A DNA stretch of 64,000 nt from Felis catus (Eukaryota). The stretch lies in the NCBI RefSeq assembly GCF_018350175.1, contig NC_058368.1:151592001-151656000 (forward strand). The letters run 5' to 3'. Numbering within the stretch: position 1 is the stretch's first letter; every line of letters starts with the position of its first letter. This document shows positions 62,138-64,000 of this stretch, in pieces. The position numbers and the translations under genes were made by a program. The notes beneath the pieces were generated by a model. The model did no database searches and had not been told where the DNA came from. It saw only the letters and a list, made by a program, of their open reading frames with translations.

Positions 62138-64000
62138 AAAATAGGATTCCATTTTAAATAAACCACAATTTTGCCACTCTCCCAGAAGTGAGCAACAATA
62201 AAAGTGTGCGTATCATACCTCCGAAAAATGCGAAGGATCAGCTTTCACAGACTCCAATCAGAAATTAATATTTGCTATAGGCTACAGCCTATGAACTTCA
62301 CTGACCTGCATCTAGGTGGAGCAGACTTCTAAAACTTTTAGGATGGGAGGAGATCTCCCACACATATTTCAGAGAATATTACTGTTTCCATTCTAATCTA
62401 AGAGTAAACAGAGCTCTGGGTTTTGACAAATTTGCCTCTGCAATGTGATAAAAGGCATGGGACTGATCCTCCTCTCACTGTGTAATTTTGCCAAAAGGAA
62501 GACAGAGTCGGTGCCGTAGGTGCCACATTACTTCTCTTTATTCTTTCTAGAACTATGGCATCTAAAAGCATGTTCAGTAGTCATAAAACTTCCCAGGTCA
62601 GTTTACAAAGAAAAGTGGATATTCCAACCATAGGATGTGGGTTCTTGCTACGGCAATGAATTTTAGAAGGTGACAGGTTACATAATGGGTATGCAGTTAG
62701 GATTGCACCTGGCCCGGGAAGGTTGCCATGCCATGCAAAGAGAATATCAGCTCACTTGCACTGGTGAACAACTGGCTAGTGCTGCCTTTGCACACTTGAT
62801 AAGCTGCTCTTGTTATTAAGGACACTGATTCAGCTGTTCCAGCTGTATATGCTTTTGTTCATTCGTACTTGCTCACCACATATAATCATTTCCTCAGATA
62901 TGCAAGATTACTTGGACTTTGCTTTTATTTAGAAACTGTTTTTCTTTCGTACGTGAGTGATTGTTGAGTATTCAATTATAGCTGAATGTGAAATGGTTGG
63001 GATCCAATTCTAACTGATTTCAATGAAAGTCAATAGAGTTTCTAACCAAGTAGAGATCTGTATGAAGTTCAATGCTGAATGATTGTTAAACCTCTACCAT
63101 TTTTACTCAGGCTTTAATCAGTAAGTAGTATTTTATTTCATTTTTAACTGGACCTTTTTGTGTCTGGAATTGAGGCGTATATAGCAGTTTGCTGATATTG
63201 GAATTACGTGTATTATTTTGTAAACCTGTATATCCAGGCCAGATAGAAGCACTTAAAATGCAAAAATGATGAACAGAAGTACCCAGGAGTTTTTTTTTAA
63301 ATCTAAGGAATATTTTTTAGGGGAGATGAACAAAACCGGGAGCTATTTGACATTAGGTGTTCAGACTGCCAGTTTATGGTAAACAAAGAAAGTTTAGTGT
63401 GTTTTTTTTTTTAATTCATAATATCATGATTACAGAGCATCACTGCAAAGAGGGTTAGGCTTCAGAAGATAACCAGACAAACCAGTTCTTAAGAGGGTGG
63501 CTGATTGGCTGCTTTGCTAAAGATAAATTTTTCCTCTTCCAAATATTCTGAAAAAAAAGTAGACTAATAGCGAGAAGTGTAGTGATTTGCACATTATCCA
63601 AGCCATTGAGTTATTCCTGCCTGTCCTCATTCTGGTTCTTGATTTGCAGGCCAGCTATGCTCTGCAGCTGGAGCAAATTATATCAGAGAAGTGCTGATGT
63701 GACCACAAGTTGACAAAAGGACATGATTTCTAGTAGCAAAAAAGCAACTAGATTTTATGAAATTGTATCTAATAATGTTGTTTAACTCATGGATCCTGCA
63801 TCTGACGCCTGCTTTTTATCCAGTCCTTTCAGCGGCCCTTTGTTAACAGTCACTCAGAAGAGGAAATAAAATGTAGCCATTGAAATAAAAATTGCTCTAC
63901 TCTTTTTAATAGCTCAGCTGCAGGCTCTATTGTTTTATTTAATGGATTGTGTAACTGAAGTCTCTCCTCCTGATGATTCCCATTTGGCTTCTGAGTCCCC

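Noticed and set aside
1..64000. A novel gene system, operon or CRISPR array
   Set aside because: This is eukaryotic repeat-rich DNA. There are no regularly spaced repeat-spacer units, and the long ORFs map to L1, SINE, MIR or simple-repeat sequence.

Overview
Mammalian nuclear DNA, almost certainly from a feliform carnivore (cat family or relative), judged from about 20 tRNA-derived Can-SINEs carrying the feline-type body (GGGGCGCCTGGGTGGCTCAGTCGGTTAAGCGTCCGACT...GCTCAGAGCCTGGAGCCTG...). The window is AT-rich intronic or intergenic sequence. I found no recognisable host protein-coding exon, RNA gene or CRISPR array, and no evidence of a new biological system. The content is mostly transposable elements: one full-length but frameshifted LINE-1 (~37748-43666, +); three adjacent 5'-inverted (twin-primed) L1 insertions at 16.8-26.8 kb; a 5'-truncated L1 inserted inside a SINE (~46.9-48.7 kb); older L1M, L2, MIR, MLT/ERVL-LTR and hAT MITE relics; and microsatellites. 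The most notable structures are (i) two tail-to-tail L1 3' ends sharing apparently private variants, suggesting gene conversion, (ii) the cluster of three inverted L1s, and (iii) a fold-back inverted duplication around a microsatellite at ~54.9-55.2 kb. Subfamily names for old repeats are from memory of consensus sequences, not from a database search, and their boundaries are approximate.
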